A stretch of 64,000 nucleotides of DNA from Lama glama (GCA_028534125.1 CM052816.1:89654001-89718000), one strand, 5' to 3'; positions 11,393-24,479 are shown, numbered from the stretch's first letter. The notes: a model not told the origin generated them from the sequence alone. Numbers and translations: made by a program.

Positions 11393-13060
11393 TCTATTCC
11401 AAATGGATCAGTTCTCGTGGCTGGCCAATATTTTGTGAGCACACTCCCATGAGATTAGATCCTGCAGCTTTCCTCTTCGTCTGCCAAGCGGTGTAAGCCA
11501 TGTCTCTGCTCACTAGGAGGATTTGTCAGAGCACGATGCCATACAAATGCTCTCATCCTCACGTGGTCCGTTTATGGTTAAACGTGAAAACAGAAAGTAG
11601 ACCGTGATCTTGATGCTTTCCTCCATCTAAGACATTAGCAGACTGCGCTGGTCACCCTGCCTAAGTGGGGAACCCCTCACCACAAAATCCGGTTTAGGTA
11701 CTGAGACCAGTGATGCCACACATGAATTAGGAGATTATGAAAAGATCCATTACTCACATAATGAGGCTTTCTGGGAAGAACGGTCTAGGTTCCCAAGCAG
11801 TCGAACACAGCCTGAGAGAACGGGCAGGGGTGATAGCTTAGGGTTTTATGGTTTGTGGGGGGATGGGGCTAGAGTAAGGCTTTTCTTACACGGATCATGG
11901 CTTCTGTGATGTGAGCTTCCCACCAGCACCGAAGAAAGCACCCAGGCCTTCCTATCAACTTGTCCAGATGTGAGGCAGAAAGGGAAGGGGAGTCATGGGA
12001 CTTGGAAACTGTAAACAGTCAAACATTAATAATGCAGTCGGACAACTTATTAAAGTTAACACATGATGTTTGCAAAGACTGAAATGTGCCATGTTTTATT
12101 TAATTGAATTTGAACTTGTTTAATTAAGTCAATATGGTGCTGTATGAAGCCTGTAGCCGGAGGCTGACATGGGAAGGGAATTTTCCATCAAATGCCTTGT
12201 TTAAGAGCACAGCATGGTATATTTTGCAAAGTTAAATGAGTGATTCTGTAGCTGCCAACAATGCCTAGAACTCCAAAGGGGGTAAGTCAAGTCTCGATAA
12301 GGACTTGGATAGTTGGGTTGGAACGTATAGGGACTTGTGTGGCCTGGATTTAAACTTTGAGTATTTGTAAGGCAGGAGTTCCCAGAGTTCTCTCCCCGAC
12401 GGGTAGCAAACTTGGATAAGGAATTAATGTAGACTGACCGCATAGTCAGACCATTGGCAATGGTTTAAGAGTCCATAAAAGTCATCCAGTGCTAAGATGA
12501 CTGCTACTTGGGGAACTGTGTTGACCACTGGTTACTGTCATTTATCAGGGACACCTCATCTAGGTAAGAAACCAGCTCCATCACATGTGACTGTGGCATC
12601 GCTGTCCATTCTGTGTACATGTTCCTGTTGCTGATCGCTTAGTTGATCTCAAAGGACTCCAAGAGGTCTGGGGGAAGGCTTACCTCCACCTGCACCATGG
12701 CAGCCCACGAAGAACCGAGGGTAGGAGAGATCATGCCCCCCTGGGGTGGGATATGCAGAGGAGCCAGGTTTGACTCTACTTTGTGGTATGATTTGCATTT
12801 TAGCAAGGAGGACTTGATGGGTGGGTCAGCTTGAAGGGTACTGATTCCACATCCCAAAGGATAAAAGGAAGTTGGATATGGAGGTTCAGAGCCTCAAGGC
12901 CTGGGAAATCTCTGTTCCAGAAGAATAGAATGCGGGTCACTCTCACAGCATATGACATAGTGCCCAGGAGGGCACTGCTTTGGGCTAAAAGTTCTAGGGC
13001 AACTTAAATCATCATGAATGGCCAAGAAACACCTGAATACATGGGAGGAGATTGCTAATC
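11393..13060 (-). pseudogene. EBLN, nearly full length and relatively GC-rich; C-terminus probably split by a solo LTR
   Basis: SDPH (~12935); DLLESFEI~DLTELEI; GAGFLPR~GAEQIKKR; LNHCQW~INGQPW; SGREL~PGKEF; LDLP..EF*ALLAATESL~LTIP..EIRDFLEVSAKL; LCKIYH~LGAIRH; FPSHVS~FPNLAS; IKHG~IQPG, all at the expected spacing. The portion left of the LTR (LMGV~MIGV) is tentative. Confidence 0.65.
11636..12053 (-). mobile_element. ERVL-class solo LTR (MER76/MER54-like, family uncertain)
   Basis: LTR-like ends (cagactgcgctggtcacc; cagtcaaacat..ttatta) and internal motif gatgccacaca..attactcacata. Confidence 0.6.
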
Positions 13061-13089
13061 CTTGTACAATGAAGACGTCTCTGGAAAGA

Positions 13090-13740
13090 CTAGTGGGAAT
13101 ACATGTATTATGGCAATTTCGGCAGAAGCAAGAGCCTTTGATAGTGGGGTGATTTGCCAGTGAAAGCAAACGTAAGCTTAAATAAAATTTGTAAAGAGTA
13201 ATATGTTACCTCTAAAACTGAAAGGACTAAAAGATGTTGGATTAATTTTAATGTCATAAATGCTGAATGAGTCAATAGCTGTTTCTTGACCATGTCAGGG
13301 ATGAGCTACCTAAGGGCTGTCAAAGAGATATATCTTGGATAAGAGCTATGTAGTACATAATGCTATGTCCTCTCTCCAGTTACAAACTCTGAATGCTTGC
13401 ATTCCTTTGGTTTTTCAGCTCCAACACTTATTCACTCTGTTGCAGCAGTCTTTGTGAGCCTGTGGTTTCAGTCTCTGAATTATATACCACATGGAAGATC
13501 TTTTGATCGATAGGTAGGATGTGATGAGTTCATAAATAAGAGGAGCACAATGCTGTTTTCATTAATATTAGTGGTCTTGATTAGTAAAGATTTATATTCA
13601 TTTTTCTGAACTCTATTTGCTTTGATAGAGTTTTATCTGATTCTGATTAATATATATTCCCAAACTCTTATGGGTTTGCTGTCCTCTTGAAATATTTTAA
13701 ACAATTGTTACAATATGCTTTTGTTTCAAGTATCTTAGGC
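13090..13740 (-). pseudogene. EBLG fragment with internal deletion (furin region and C-terminus)
   Basis: GNIY*SESDKTLS..EFRK~GTILCNSSSKIVS..EFRR; R-S-K-(R) site; YIIQRLKP (13463-13486)~YLIHKLRP; GQET~GHET. Confidence 0.65.
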
Positions 13741-13749
13741 TAATATATC

Positions 13750-15050
13750 TTATCTCCCTCTGTTCCCCTCACTTCACGTCCAAGTTCATCAGGAAATTCT
13801 ATTAGCATTACCTTTAAAATGAGTTCACATGGCTATAAATAAATAACCATAAAAGCTAACCATGAATAAATTACTATATAAATTTATGGAAAAATTAAAA
13901 GTTAAAACTGACTTTGCTTAATTGCCATGCAAGGAAACACACAAGAATAAAAAGATTCACAGAGTATATCACTAAGGGAGAAAAGCCAAGGATTTTATGA
14001 ACAGGAAGATGAAGGTTCATGATCTGTTAATTAGATTAAATTTTGCAGTTTGGATAGAGTGGAAAATGCATCCAGTCTCTATATGCTTAGCTCAAACAAG
14101 TCCCATCGTGCATTGGTCAGGGAAGACTGTTCCTTGGGTCCATTGAGGTTCTGGTCCACGGGCTTGCTCAAAGTGCCTGGTCACTGCTCAGGCTCGTCTG
14201 GAAGGTTTGTCAAAGTTCATCCCTATTGAACAGCCTGAGCAAATTAGAACAATATTCAGTTTTGATCTCCTAGAAATGCGCCTCTGTCCATGGACATTAT
14301 TCTTATTATGAAATCTGACTTTTTCTCATTAACCACAGCACTATGAGATCACCCTAATGTAAGACATCTTCAATTTTCACCTAGATAATTACAATAGATT
14401 CCTAACTGGTCTCCTATCTTTCATCCTTGTCCCCTTATAAAGTGGTCATTTGGAAATCTAAATCATATCATGTCACTTATCTATTCAAAAATCCAGCTCT
14501 GACTACTAATGTTAATCAGAGTAAAAACTAAATTTCTTAAAATGGCTTTTAATGCTCCAAATTTTCTATACTACCAACCGCCTTAAATCTGAATTACACC
14601 CTGATGCCCCTGATCACTCACTTGTTCCCTGTTACCACGGACATCTAGTTTTTCCCCGTAACACTGCTCTCTAAGGCCTTCCAACTAGCTGTTCCCACTG
14701 CCTCAACTTATCCCCTGACATCTACGTGGCTTTCTTCTTCACCTTGTCCAAGTCCTCTCTCAGGTATCAGCTTCTCCAAGGAGGCTAACTTGACTATCTG
14801 ACATAAATTTGCAAATTACCCATTGTGTACCCAATTTCCTTCTTAAAAATTTTATAATAGTAATCATCTTCTAGTATACTACATAATTTACATATTCATA
14901 CATCTACTTATTATGTGTTATACATTTATTATCTCTCCACAAAGGGATTTAAACTAAGCAAAAAGTATAGACACATGCTTTCTGTTATGTTCACAAATAT
15001 GTCTCAAGCATACAATGAGTGGTCAACAGAGGTTTAAACACATACTGATA
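13750..15050 (+). mobile_element. L2 3' region with a nested old LTR-like insert (~13830-14338)
   Basis: cacctagataattacaatagattcctaactggtctcc and other L2 motifs lie on either side of an unrelated ~500 bp block. Confidence 0.65.
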
Positions 15051-15539
15051 ATTTAACAAAGTAACGTATATTAAGTCATAACACAAATCATAAACTTTAA
15101 ATAATTTAAATTTTATTCTTTGACAATAAAGCAATAAAACTGAAAATTAGTAACAAAAAATCAAGGAAAACTTCCCCAGTTGCAAATTTATTAAATAAAA
15201 CAAATCTTACTTAAAATTTTTTTAAAAATTAACTTAGAATATAAACCTAATATTTATATTAATTTCTTTTTCCCTTGGAGATACTTTTGTTTTGTTTTTA
15301 TATTTAAAATTTGTAATTGAAATTTAAAATTTGTGGTTACACTTTTGTGAGTAATTTTAGTTCTATCCAATTTCAGTATTGATATTTTCCAGATCTTCTG
15401 CTGTTTTTTATATTCTTTTAACTTAACCCAAGTTATGTTGAACAAAATTTTAAACTGTTTTTTGTCCTAATAAGTATTTTTTAATATTTTGGCTATTAAT
15501 TTATAGAAGTAGTGCACTATGGTTAAATAATATAATGTT

Positions 15540-15690
15540 TACTCTTTCTGCTTTATATGAACACTAAATTTTAGTTGCTTATTAACTATTTTTGAAATAA
15601 ATAATGGCACCTTGACAAGAAATAGTGACTTTTGCATAGTGAACTGGCCAGTAGGTTTGAAAGGCTTATAACTTATGCTTAATTTTATTT
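15540..15690 (-). pseudogene. EBLM N-terminal fragment
   Basis: IKHKL*AFQTYWP..ISCQG~LKDKVIVPGWP..FVGG, directly after a G C-terminus. Confidence 0.4.
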
Positions 15691-15719
15691 AATAAATTTT
15701 TTTTTTAAGAAAAACATGC

Positions 15720-17280
15720 TATTTAGGTAATCCAAATTACTAATTTTTATTAATGTTAAATTAAAACCCAAATTAGAGTTTCAAAATTGTCAATATTAAT
15801 TATAAAAGCTGAGTTGTTAATAAGAACAAAAGATCATTTGTTAAGCGCTTTTAAAACCAGTGTCTCTGAATTACAGAAATATGAATAAAATACATTAAGT
15901 TTAGCCTTTGAAACCTTGTACTTTTGTGCACCCCAAAGAACAGATATAATAACATCTTCACACTTCATTTTTATTTGTACAAATATATTTAATAAGCTGA
16001 AGTTAAGATTTTCATGTTTTAGAGTAATATGAGAACATATTTTCTCTAATTAATTCACATCTCTGCTTTCTTCCCAAGTTATAATAAATTTTAAAAAAGA
16101 ATAACAGCTTGCAAATAACATATATAGTTCATAAGGGAGAGTATGAGTAAGAGTCTCTAGAAATAAAATTCAAAGAATAATTCTTTTCAGTTCTAATTGA
16201 TACTACAAATATGAAACCATGCTTTAAATGGTGTGTACGCCCAAGTGGTCTTGTAGTACATTGTATATATTAGCTGTAACATGAACAATTAATAAGTTAT
16301 TTGTTCCATATCTTCTTAAAATTAAATCATCACTATATATTACATAAAGATTTGCAATGGCACCATTGAAAAATGTTGAATTTTCCTCCAAATTGGCCCA
16401 CGGCTTCAGTAGGTCCACATCACTTGTAACTTACTAGGGCTAGTAATTACTCTCCCTTCTCCCAGAAGGACAATGGAATGGGTTTCTGCTTTGTTACTTC
16501 TATTTTCTTTATAGAATAGTCATAGGAAATAATTATCACCCACCCAATAGAGAAACAAAAATTTTGCTTGAAAAACATTGTTTTACTTCACTGAGTGAGA
16601 CATATTACATAAAATCTAGAACTAAGCACTAAATGGTTGACATTGGAATGACGGCTTAAATGATTACATACAAATTAAAAGAGAAAGTACATGATTATTA
16701 TTTTCGTTGTTTCAAAAGAATTAGCACTTACTGAGCACATACCAAGCATTTGGATAAAGAACGTATCTGCAGTTATTTCATAATTGGGGGTGGGATTGGA
16801 AATATACTCTGTCTGAAACTTAACCTATGTGATGTTAAACTAAAATATTACCTTCCTTTTCTATGGGAGACCAGTCGCTAAGGCGTTCACTTTTCAAGAA
16901 TAGACTGCCCTGCATCTCAGTTCTCATTTATAATTTGAATGAGCATTAAATGTAACCAGATTAAGTGAATGAGAGAATCAATAAAAAGGGGATTATGTTT
17001 ACCTGAGCTTTTATTTCAGGATTCAATTCATGAAGCAAAAAATCACCTGTAATAGAAATTGTCACTGAATATGAACATGTTAGATTAAAATAATTTGAAA
17101 AGCACAATCCATTCAGATTTTCTGTAGTGTTCAAATAGTGTGCTATTTGAGTGTGTGTGTGTGTGTGTGTGTGTGTGTCTGTGTGTGTGTGTGTATGATT
17201 GAGAAATAGATATAGTTATTGTTTTGTGTTAGGTAACCATACTGAATGAGAGAAAAACTAACTAAAAGCAATAGAATTAA
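15720..17280 (-). pseudogene. EBLG, near full length
   Basis: LC..N..TC..TISI~LC..N..SC..TISL; VSLSEV~VSQQEL; CFSSKI~CNSSSKI; RRES..LKPW~RRDT..LKDAW; ORF 16224-16418 W..E..G..LR..VLQDH~VWQCH; FKAW~FMAW; YSLNFISR~YFLNDEGR; WGAQ~YGTQ; DTG; SFVLIN~SFAFLN; LGFNLTLI~LGGVLYLI. Confidence 0.75.
17151..17194 (+). repeat. (TG)n microsatellite
   Basis: Directly visible. Confidence 0.97.
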
Positions 17281-17284
17281 CTAT

Positions 17285-17600
17285 CAAATTCAGAATGTAT
17301 TTTCCAGCTATGAAATACCTCCAGGGCTAAGATCAGCTGAGGAAACTATTGACTCATGAGTTTGATTCTATTTATTCTCATACAACTCATTACAATCTCA
17401 TATAAACCCTCATTAAAATGTATAGTAAGTGGAATTGTTTGCATATCCTTTTATTTCATTGTATGTCTGGCCACTTTCTCCTCCAACTTCCTCCATGGTT
17501 TCAGGATGGCATCTTCATCAGTTAAACATATGTTGGGAAATACCATCAGGATTTCCAAAACAATGTAATCTGTTATCACTTGGCCTTTAAGCATATGTGA
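17285..17600 (-). pseudogene. EBLN C-terminal fragment
   Basis: Single frame: LTDEDAILKP~LAECMDATLTIP; IKLMSQ*FPQL (17334-17366)~IKLAPRSFPNL. Confidence 0.7.
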
Positions 17601-17749
17601 TACCAATATAACTGTAATAGTCAAACTCCTAAGTGTATAGAGGCTTAATTTATTTAGTAGAAATCAATCTGTGATTTGGGAAATTGGGAAAATATAGAAG
17701 AGGATTAGTTCATCAATGGCAGAATCTGAAGGGAAATCACACCAAGGGA

Positions 17750-19130
17750 CAAGGTAATTAGTGTGATTATTGTGTTAGGCATCCTCGAACTAGAACTCCA
17801 CAGATGGGAAAGAATTCTGAATTTAGTGAGTTCTCATGGGAGAACATTTGAAGAGACAGATAGATTAGAATATTTAGTCATTAACAATATTATTAGAAAA
17901 GATGGCGAGTGGTGAAAATTAGAATAAAATCCTTGTTTCAAAATTTCTAAAAACTTTCCAGATAATGATCACCTAATTAGTTACAGAAAAATATGCAAAC
18001 AAATATTCCTTGAGACTCTACACAAGGGTCATGCCATACTCACTCAGGTTACAAGTTCAGCCGAGAGTCAAAAGCATGCAAATTAGTCTCCATCTGCCAT
18101 TAAGGGTGATTAGTAAAGAGGCCGTGGAGAAGGTCATGCTGCAGGAGTGACCTTAGGTGCTTTGGGGCATGGAGCCAGATGAACTCTGTATTCTACACAT
18201 TCTAACCAATGGGCCAGACACTGGGGTAAGACCATCTTGGGCTCTAATGAGAGTGGAGACGATGATTAAAATGACATTCTCCTCTTTTTCCTAGCTGTCT
18301 CTGGAAATGTGCTGCATGAATGAGTACTTTGTTCTGGACAGGGTCTACACTCATCTCTCTTCCATAAGAATCAAATACTTAAAAGAGATACTGTCATCTG
18401 ATAGGTCATCTTTCCAATATCCCTTTTTTATATATATCTCTATATATAATTTTTTAATTGAAGTATAGTCAGTTTACAATGTTATGTCAGTTTCTGGTGT
18501 ACAGCACAGTGCTTCAGTCATACAGGAACATATATTTATATTAGTTTTCATATTCTTTTTCATAAATTACTATAAGATATTGAATATATTTCCTCATGCT
18601 ATACAGTATGAACTTGTTTATTTATTTTATATGTATTAGTTAGTATCTGAAAATCTCAAACTCCCAATTTATCCCTTCCCACCCCCTTTTCCCCCTGGTA
18701 ACCATAGGTTTGTTTTCTGTCTGTGAGTCTGTTTCTGTTTTGTAAATAAGTTCATTTGTCTTTTTTTTTTTTTTAGATTCCACATATAAGTGATATATGG
18801 TATTTCTCTTTCAGGCTTACTTCACTTAGAATGACAATCTCTAGTTCTGACATCCTTCTTTTTTAATGAAAATATGGATCAAAAGTGCTAAAAGAAAAGA
18901 CAGCTACCTTTCCAATGTACTCAGTAAACTGTCACATACTGTTAATAACCACTCTCCCTGACTCATCTCTATGTTTATTAATCTGTCAGGTTACATGTTC
19001 ATTTGCAGAGGAATAGCTTCCATGCAAAATGTGAATCATATTTCACAAGAAGTTTTATGCATTTTCATACCAAAATGTGATCTCATTATTGAAACTGGTT
19101 GGCACTTTGCCTTAACTCCCTCCAGATTTA
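17750..19130 (-). pseudogene. EBLN, interrupted by a young L1 3' end
   Basis: KVPTSF~KLPGKF; LSFLLALLI~LVFLCLLI; DLSDDSIS~DLTELEIS; QLGKR~QIKKR; SLLIT~SLLTT; MTLV*SLKEYL (18000-18032)~MTTYTTIKEYL. Confidence 0.7.
18425..18846 (-). mobile_element. Lineage-specific L1 3' end, 5'-truncated
   Basis: ttaattgaagtatagtcagtttacaat..ttcacttagaatgacaatctc; degenerate TSD ttccaatatccc/ttctgacatcct. Confidence 0.9.
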
Positions 19131-19859
19131 TCATAGAACTTTTTTAGGTTAATACATAGGTTAATAGATTAATAGATAAAAGCTCTAATTCAAAGAGATA
19201 TATGCACCTCAATGTTCATAGTGGTACTATTTACGATAGTCAAAACATAAGCTTTTTGCACAGATTGGCTATCATAGCTGCATTGACTGTATTTATACAT
19301 ATATTCCATGCTCTATTTTCTATCAAATCAACATTTCTAAAGGAAATTGCTGATATTAAACATATGCAATTAATATTTATGGGATACAAGTCAACTAGTT
19401 TTAAAAACTGGTATTAATTCATATTCTTCTCCACAGTGAGGAATACTTCTGATCCTGCTGCTAATGTCTTCCCAACAGTGCACTCCAGCTGCTTTTTAAA
19501 ATTTCACTAGTATCTTCACTTTTAATGCTTTCTCTATGTATTAATTTACATTTTTAATGTTTAAGGTGGTTGAGAATAATTTCAAATATTTATTGAGCAT
19601 AAGTATATCACCTTTGACAAATTATCTCCTCTCTTATTTTCACTTGTTTCTGATAATTCAGGCATTTCATGCAAAGAATTTTCATTAGACATTAGTTTGC
19701 TTATGAATAAATGGCAATAATTTTAAAAATACATATATTGATTTGGACATTCACTGGAGATAGTGTATGTAACTTCAAGTCAACAATGTACATAATATTC
19801 TGGTCTCTCATACTCTTGTGGAACACTCAACCTTCAATCAAATGTTGAGAATTTTGCAA

Positions 19860-21170
19860 GAGAAAACAAAAGTCAGCCTGAAGAATTAAGCAAGGGTCAG
19901 TCCAAGTAGCACCTTGTAAGAAACCTTAAGTAATATGAAGGGCTTTGGCTATGTTATGTGGACAATCAAAATATATTTAGAAGAGACATATCATGAGTAG
20001 ATGATTAATTTTAAAAGTCCATACATGCCAAACATAGAGAATGGATTGTATATGACTAAGATCGGAAATGCACTGGCCAATGAGAAAGTTTTACCTGTGC
20101 AGATAGATTAGGTCAGTGGCTTGGAGTATGCTAGAGATGATGGAGACTGAGAGAACTGGGTGGGGATTGGATACACTTTGATAAAACTTGATCTGCATAT
20201 TTTGATAGGATGTGAGTTGGGAAGGAGAGAGAGAATAAAAATGATACCTTGTGAAGTATCATCTGACACCTGTCAGAATGGCCATTATCAAAAAGTCTAC
20301 AAATAATAAGTTCTGGAACTGGTGTGGAGAAAAATGAACACTACTACACTGTTGGTGGGAATGTAAATTGGTGAAGCCACTATGAAGGACAATATAATGG
20401 TTCCTTAAAAAACTAAAGCTAGAGTTACCATATGATCCAGCAATCCCACTCCTGGGCATATATCCAGGAAAGATAAAAGCTCTAATTTGAAAAGATGCAT
20501 GCACCCCAGTGTTCATAGTGGGACTATTTACAATAGCCAAAACATAGAATCAACCTAAATGTTCATCAAAAGATCAGTGGATAAAGAAAATATATTTATA
20601 TATACACACACACATTCCAAAAAACAATGGAATAAAGCCATCTACAGCAATATGAATGGACCTAAAGATTATTATACTAAGTGAAGTAAATCAAAGAAAG
20701 ACAAATGTTAGGTGAGTCAGTTATATGTGGAATCTAAAAAATAGTACAAATGGACTAATAAAATAGAAACAGACTCACAGACAAAAAAATAAACTTATGG
20801 CTACCAAAGGGGAAAGCAGGGAGGGATAAATTGGAAGTAAGGGATTAACAGATGCACACTACCATATGTAAAATAGGTAAACAAAAAGGTTTTACTGTAT
20901 AGCACAGGGAACTGTATTCAATATCCTGTACTAAACCATAAAGGAAAAATTGAGAAAAAAAATATACATGTATATGTATAACTGAATCATTCTGTTGTGT
21001 TTACATCTGAAACTAATACAAAATTGTAAATCAACTAAACTTTAGTTAAAAAATGATACCTTACTTTGTGGTTAATTAGGGGTATTATTTATGAAACATG
21101 GAAAAATTCAGGAGTATGCGGAACAAGTTAAATGGATAGATATTTGGGTATATTGATATGAGATATCTCT
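19860..21170 (-). mobile_element. L2 fragment hosting an L1 insertion
   Basis: Purine-rich antisense L2 motifs on both sides of the L1. Confidence 0.55.
20251..21048 (+). mobile_element. L1 3' end with 14-bp TSD
   Basis: ORF2 C-terminus and 3'UTR; TSD aaaaatgatacctt at 20237-20250 and 21049-21062. Confidence 0.95.
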
Positions 21171-21174
21171 GAAT

Positions 21175-22390
21175 CCTGCTTTATTAGCCTGTAGGAAACA
21201 AAAATGTTTAAATACATCAATATGGGTTATTTCTTATCTTTACAGAATTATTCATGAGTTCATTTTTAATCATAAGACATAAGACAGTCTCATTCAATGA
21301 ATTAGGTATGTGTATAGAATAAATTATATGGCTGGAACTGAGTTTTAAACCAAGTATGTCCCATGAAACAAACAATTTTATTACCTACATCACAAAGCCA
21401 CTGTTCAATTTACTTTCTTAGATGTCTGAATATGGAGGACATGAAAATAAAAGCCTACAGAATTCATAGTAAATTATCTTTACAGAGTCAAAATTTTATA
21501 TATTTTTTCTTGTCTTTTTTTGCAATTCAAATGACTATACTTACTTGTTAAATCAATTATCTTTCAATTCAACGTTGTTTGAGTATACTCAAAGTGATTG
21601 TCTTCTGTAATTTGATTGAATATAAAAAGCTTACATTATCATTTAGTCACCAATTAAATGCTGTAATAGAAAAGGGAACACATAACCCATGTGTTAACAG
21701 CTGGAAAAATAATGGCATGTCTTATTGAAGAATTTCAAAGGTAAAGAAGCAATCATGAGAAGAAAAGAAAGGAAAGGAGGCAGGGAAGGAGAAAAGGAAT
21801 AGACAGAGAGCAAACACCACTGCTCTCTGATATTTCTCTAGCAGAACTGTGCTTCATTCTGACTCCTCCTGGAACTGCGGCTTTATATCTCAGGGTGCAG
21901 TTAAATATTTCACAAAGAAGAATATAAAAAAGATCAAAAAGGTTCTTTCTGGAATTAAAGTGAAATAGATCAATGGAAAGGATTCCTTCTTGTAAATCCC
22001 TTGCTTTATAGTTCATTATTTCCTTTTGCTGTAAAATTACAGTAGCCTTTGAGAATTTGATGCCATTTACGCCCCGTCTTGCATTTACCCTTGATTTTTA
22101 AATACCATTAATCCTGTTTTGCACTGCATTTCCACCCTGCACATCTTCATATTTTTCTTTCCCAGTAAATTTTCTCTGGGTAAAATAATGTATGTATAAA
22201 CATATTTTTCTTTCCCAGTATCATTCAGTTTTCTTTCATGTGTGCTAATAAGCTTTGGTTCATATTTATTTAAATAATGACTACCATTAGTGCTTAAATC
22301 ACTTGTTGAGGCATTAAAGGATCTGTTTAGTTATAATGATTTATTTTTGTACAGAATCACCTTTGGAATAATTCTGGGCTGAAGTGATTA
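21175..22390 (+). pseudogene. EBLG (MIR-like insert ~21275-21400)
   Basis: YRIIHEF~DRIINRY; RCLN~GCLN; AIQMTILTC*I~AITTEICRCSI; KIM..EEFQR~KIV..DEFRR; YLRVQLN (21886)~FLRSWLN; NGKDSFL (21972)~NGRKYFL; LKDLF~LRDLL. Confidence 0.75.
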
Positions 22391-22391
22391 A

Positions 22392-23300
22392 ATGAGTTCA
22401 CAGTATTTTATTCTTAGTGTACTCTACTGACCTTTTAGTTTATGTCGTTTTAATATGTCATGGTCTCACTTCGCCCTTTAGTGTGCTGTGACAAGCAGGG
22501 CTGCCCAAATATGACCATGGAAATTTATCTGGGTTGCCTGGACAACGAGCTAGTTGGGAGCACTTCAGTTCTCCTTGAAAGGGGGGCTACCACAAGCTAG
22601 TTTCCCACATGACTAGAGACTTCTTCCTCCAACTCTACACGCCTAAATCCAACTCCAGACAGGTGTGTTAAGTCCACAGAAGCAGGGCAGCCATCACCTA
22701 AGTCAAGATTTATGTTCCCTCATTAGTATATTTGTCCACACTGACAAAGTCACTATTTTTTTGAGCTACGAGAAGGGAAAGGAGGCAGAGACTGGGTTCC
22801 TATTTTTGGAATGCAAACCCATGCTGTTGGTTCGTCAGCACACGCTGGCCCTTGCTTGTGTCTTTCTGATGATAATAAGAGCCTAAGACCGAAGTCTTGC
22901 CTTTGTGATTGACCCTGACTTGTAAATTCCTTCAATAAAAGGCTTTTTTCTTAATGCCTATTATGTAAAATTGTGGAATTAGCCAAGAACTCTCATTGCT
23001 TATCAAGTGGCAATTGCTAAGAGATCTGTCTGGCAGGATTCTCACCTAGCTTCCTTTCAGTGTCACTTTTATATTTTAAAAAGGCACAAAGTTCCAACTC
23101 ATTAGTATCTTGTCCGTTTCATTGTAATCCTATGGCAAAAAAATCAATCCTAGCTAAATCCCTCTCTGAATTTTCCTTCAGTACAGTGGGATCTGACTGG
23201 TGAAAAGCATATAACCGTATTAGCTGGTGTCATTCAATGATTATCTCAAGTGGGTTGTTAGAACATACCGTTAGTCTATTACCTTCCCTCCAACCCTCCA
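22392..23300 (+). pseudogene. EBLM split by a solo LTR
   Basis: MSSQYFIL..Y*P/LLVYV..CHG~MNSKHSYVEL..GWPTLMLEI; after the LTR LPFSV~IPFLSV and LSEFSFSTVGS~IDDFLLLTLNS. Confidence 0.45.
22487..23035 (+). mobile_element. Solo LTR (ERVL, MER74-like; family uncertain)
   Basis: TG..CA ends, AATAAA at ~22934, motif gggggctaccacaagctagtttcccacatgac. Confidence 0.6.
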
Positions 23301-23399
23301 AACTCCATACTGAGGCCCAGATAGTTCCCTTTCTTTTTATTTTATTGAATAAACTGAAGCATCGGAAAAGAACTTCCATAAGCTCCCATTGTCCCAAAC

Positions 23400-24470
23400 A
23401 TTCAATGAGCTACACCTGTGCCCATAAACTTTGCCATCCTTCCTGTTACCATGGGCACACAGTGTGTGCATCTGTCTAGGGTCAACTTTTCCCCATATAC
23501 TGTACCTACTCTATAGCTGGTTTCATCCATTTTGAGTTTAAATGCCTCCTCTAGGTTGACCACTCTTTTATGTATGTTTCCATCTGAGAACTTTCCACTG
23601 AATTCCTTCTTAGAGTTCTCATGGGGATATATAGCCATTATTCCAAACGTAATGCCCCAAACTAAATTCTTTACCTTTCCAGCCCCAAAACTCTGGTTCT
23701 CCCACACTGTTAGAAAAATAGCACACTGATCCTTTCAGTAGTTTAAATAAAATATAGTCAGTTCTAATCTGTTCTTTTTTCTTTCATCCTGTATTCAATG
23801 TATCAGCAAATGTGTTGATTCTGCATTAAAATAATCAGAATTCAACAGCTTGTAGTACAAATGTCCTGGGTCAAATGCAATCATCTCTTTCTTTCCTGGG
23901 TAGTTGCGGTGGCTTTCTAATTGCTCCCTAACTCTTTACAGTGTATTCCCCACACAGTGGCCACAGTGTTTATTTAAAAAGTTGGTTGCATCAATTCATT
24001 TGTGTCCTGAAAACCATTCTATGACCCCCACTTCTGCAAAGTAAGATGCAAAATCCTATGATGTCTGGTTACTTTTGAGATCTCATTTCCCACAGTCCCC
24101 ACCTGGCTCTTCAGTCACAGTGTATATACCTACTGTTTTTATGCCCTTTTCTGCGAAGGCTCTTCATCAAATATCCACTTGGTGCAACACCCCCACCTCC
24201 CCATCTCTTTGAAGCGTTACTCAAATGTCATCTTAATGAGGTGCCTGGTCGCTCTATCAAAAATTAACACCCTCCAGACTTTCGCTCTCTACTTTTCCAA
24301 ATTTCTTTTTTTCAGTTTCACCATAGAACTTACCACCATTCACATGACCTGCAATTCCTCTTACGTGCTTTCTCTAGTTTTGAAAGGGAACTGTAATTAT
24401 CTATTCATCCCTGGTCCTTTACATAGAACTCTACCTGGTTAGTTAAATAAAGGTTTCTCCATGAATATTT
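23400..24470 (+). mobile_element. L2 LINE 3' portion
   Basis: L2 motifs (tactcaaatgtcatcttaatgagg, tcccacacagtggccacagtg). Confidence 0.7.
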
Positions 24471-24479
24471 TTGATTTTA

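Noticed and set aside
12120..13170. Retroviral RT/env remnant, or cellular processed pseudogene (WTAMPQ, LDDF, ALELLAQ)
   Set aside because: These motifs are isolated and in an impossible env-before-pol order. Bornaviral N explains more motifs at the correct spacing. Not formally excluded without a search.
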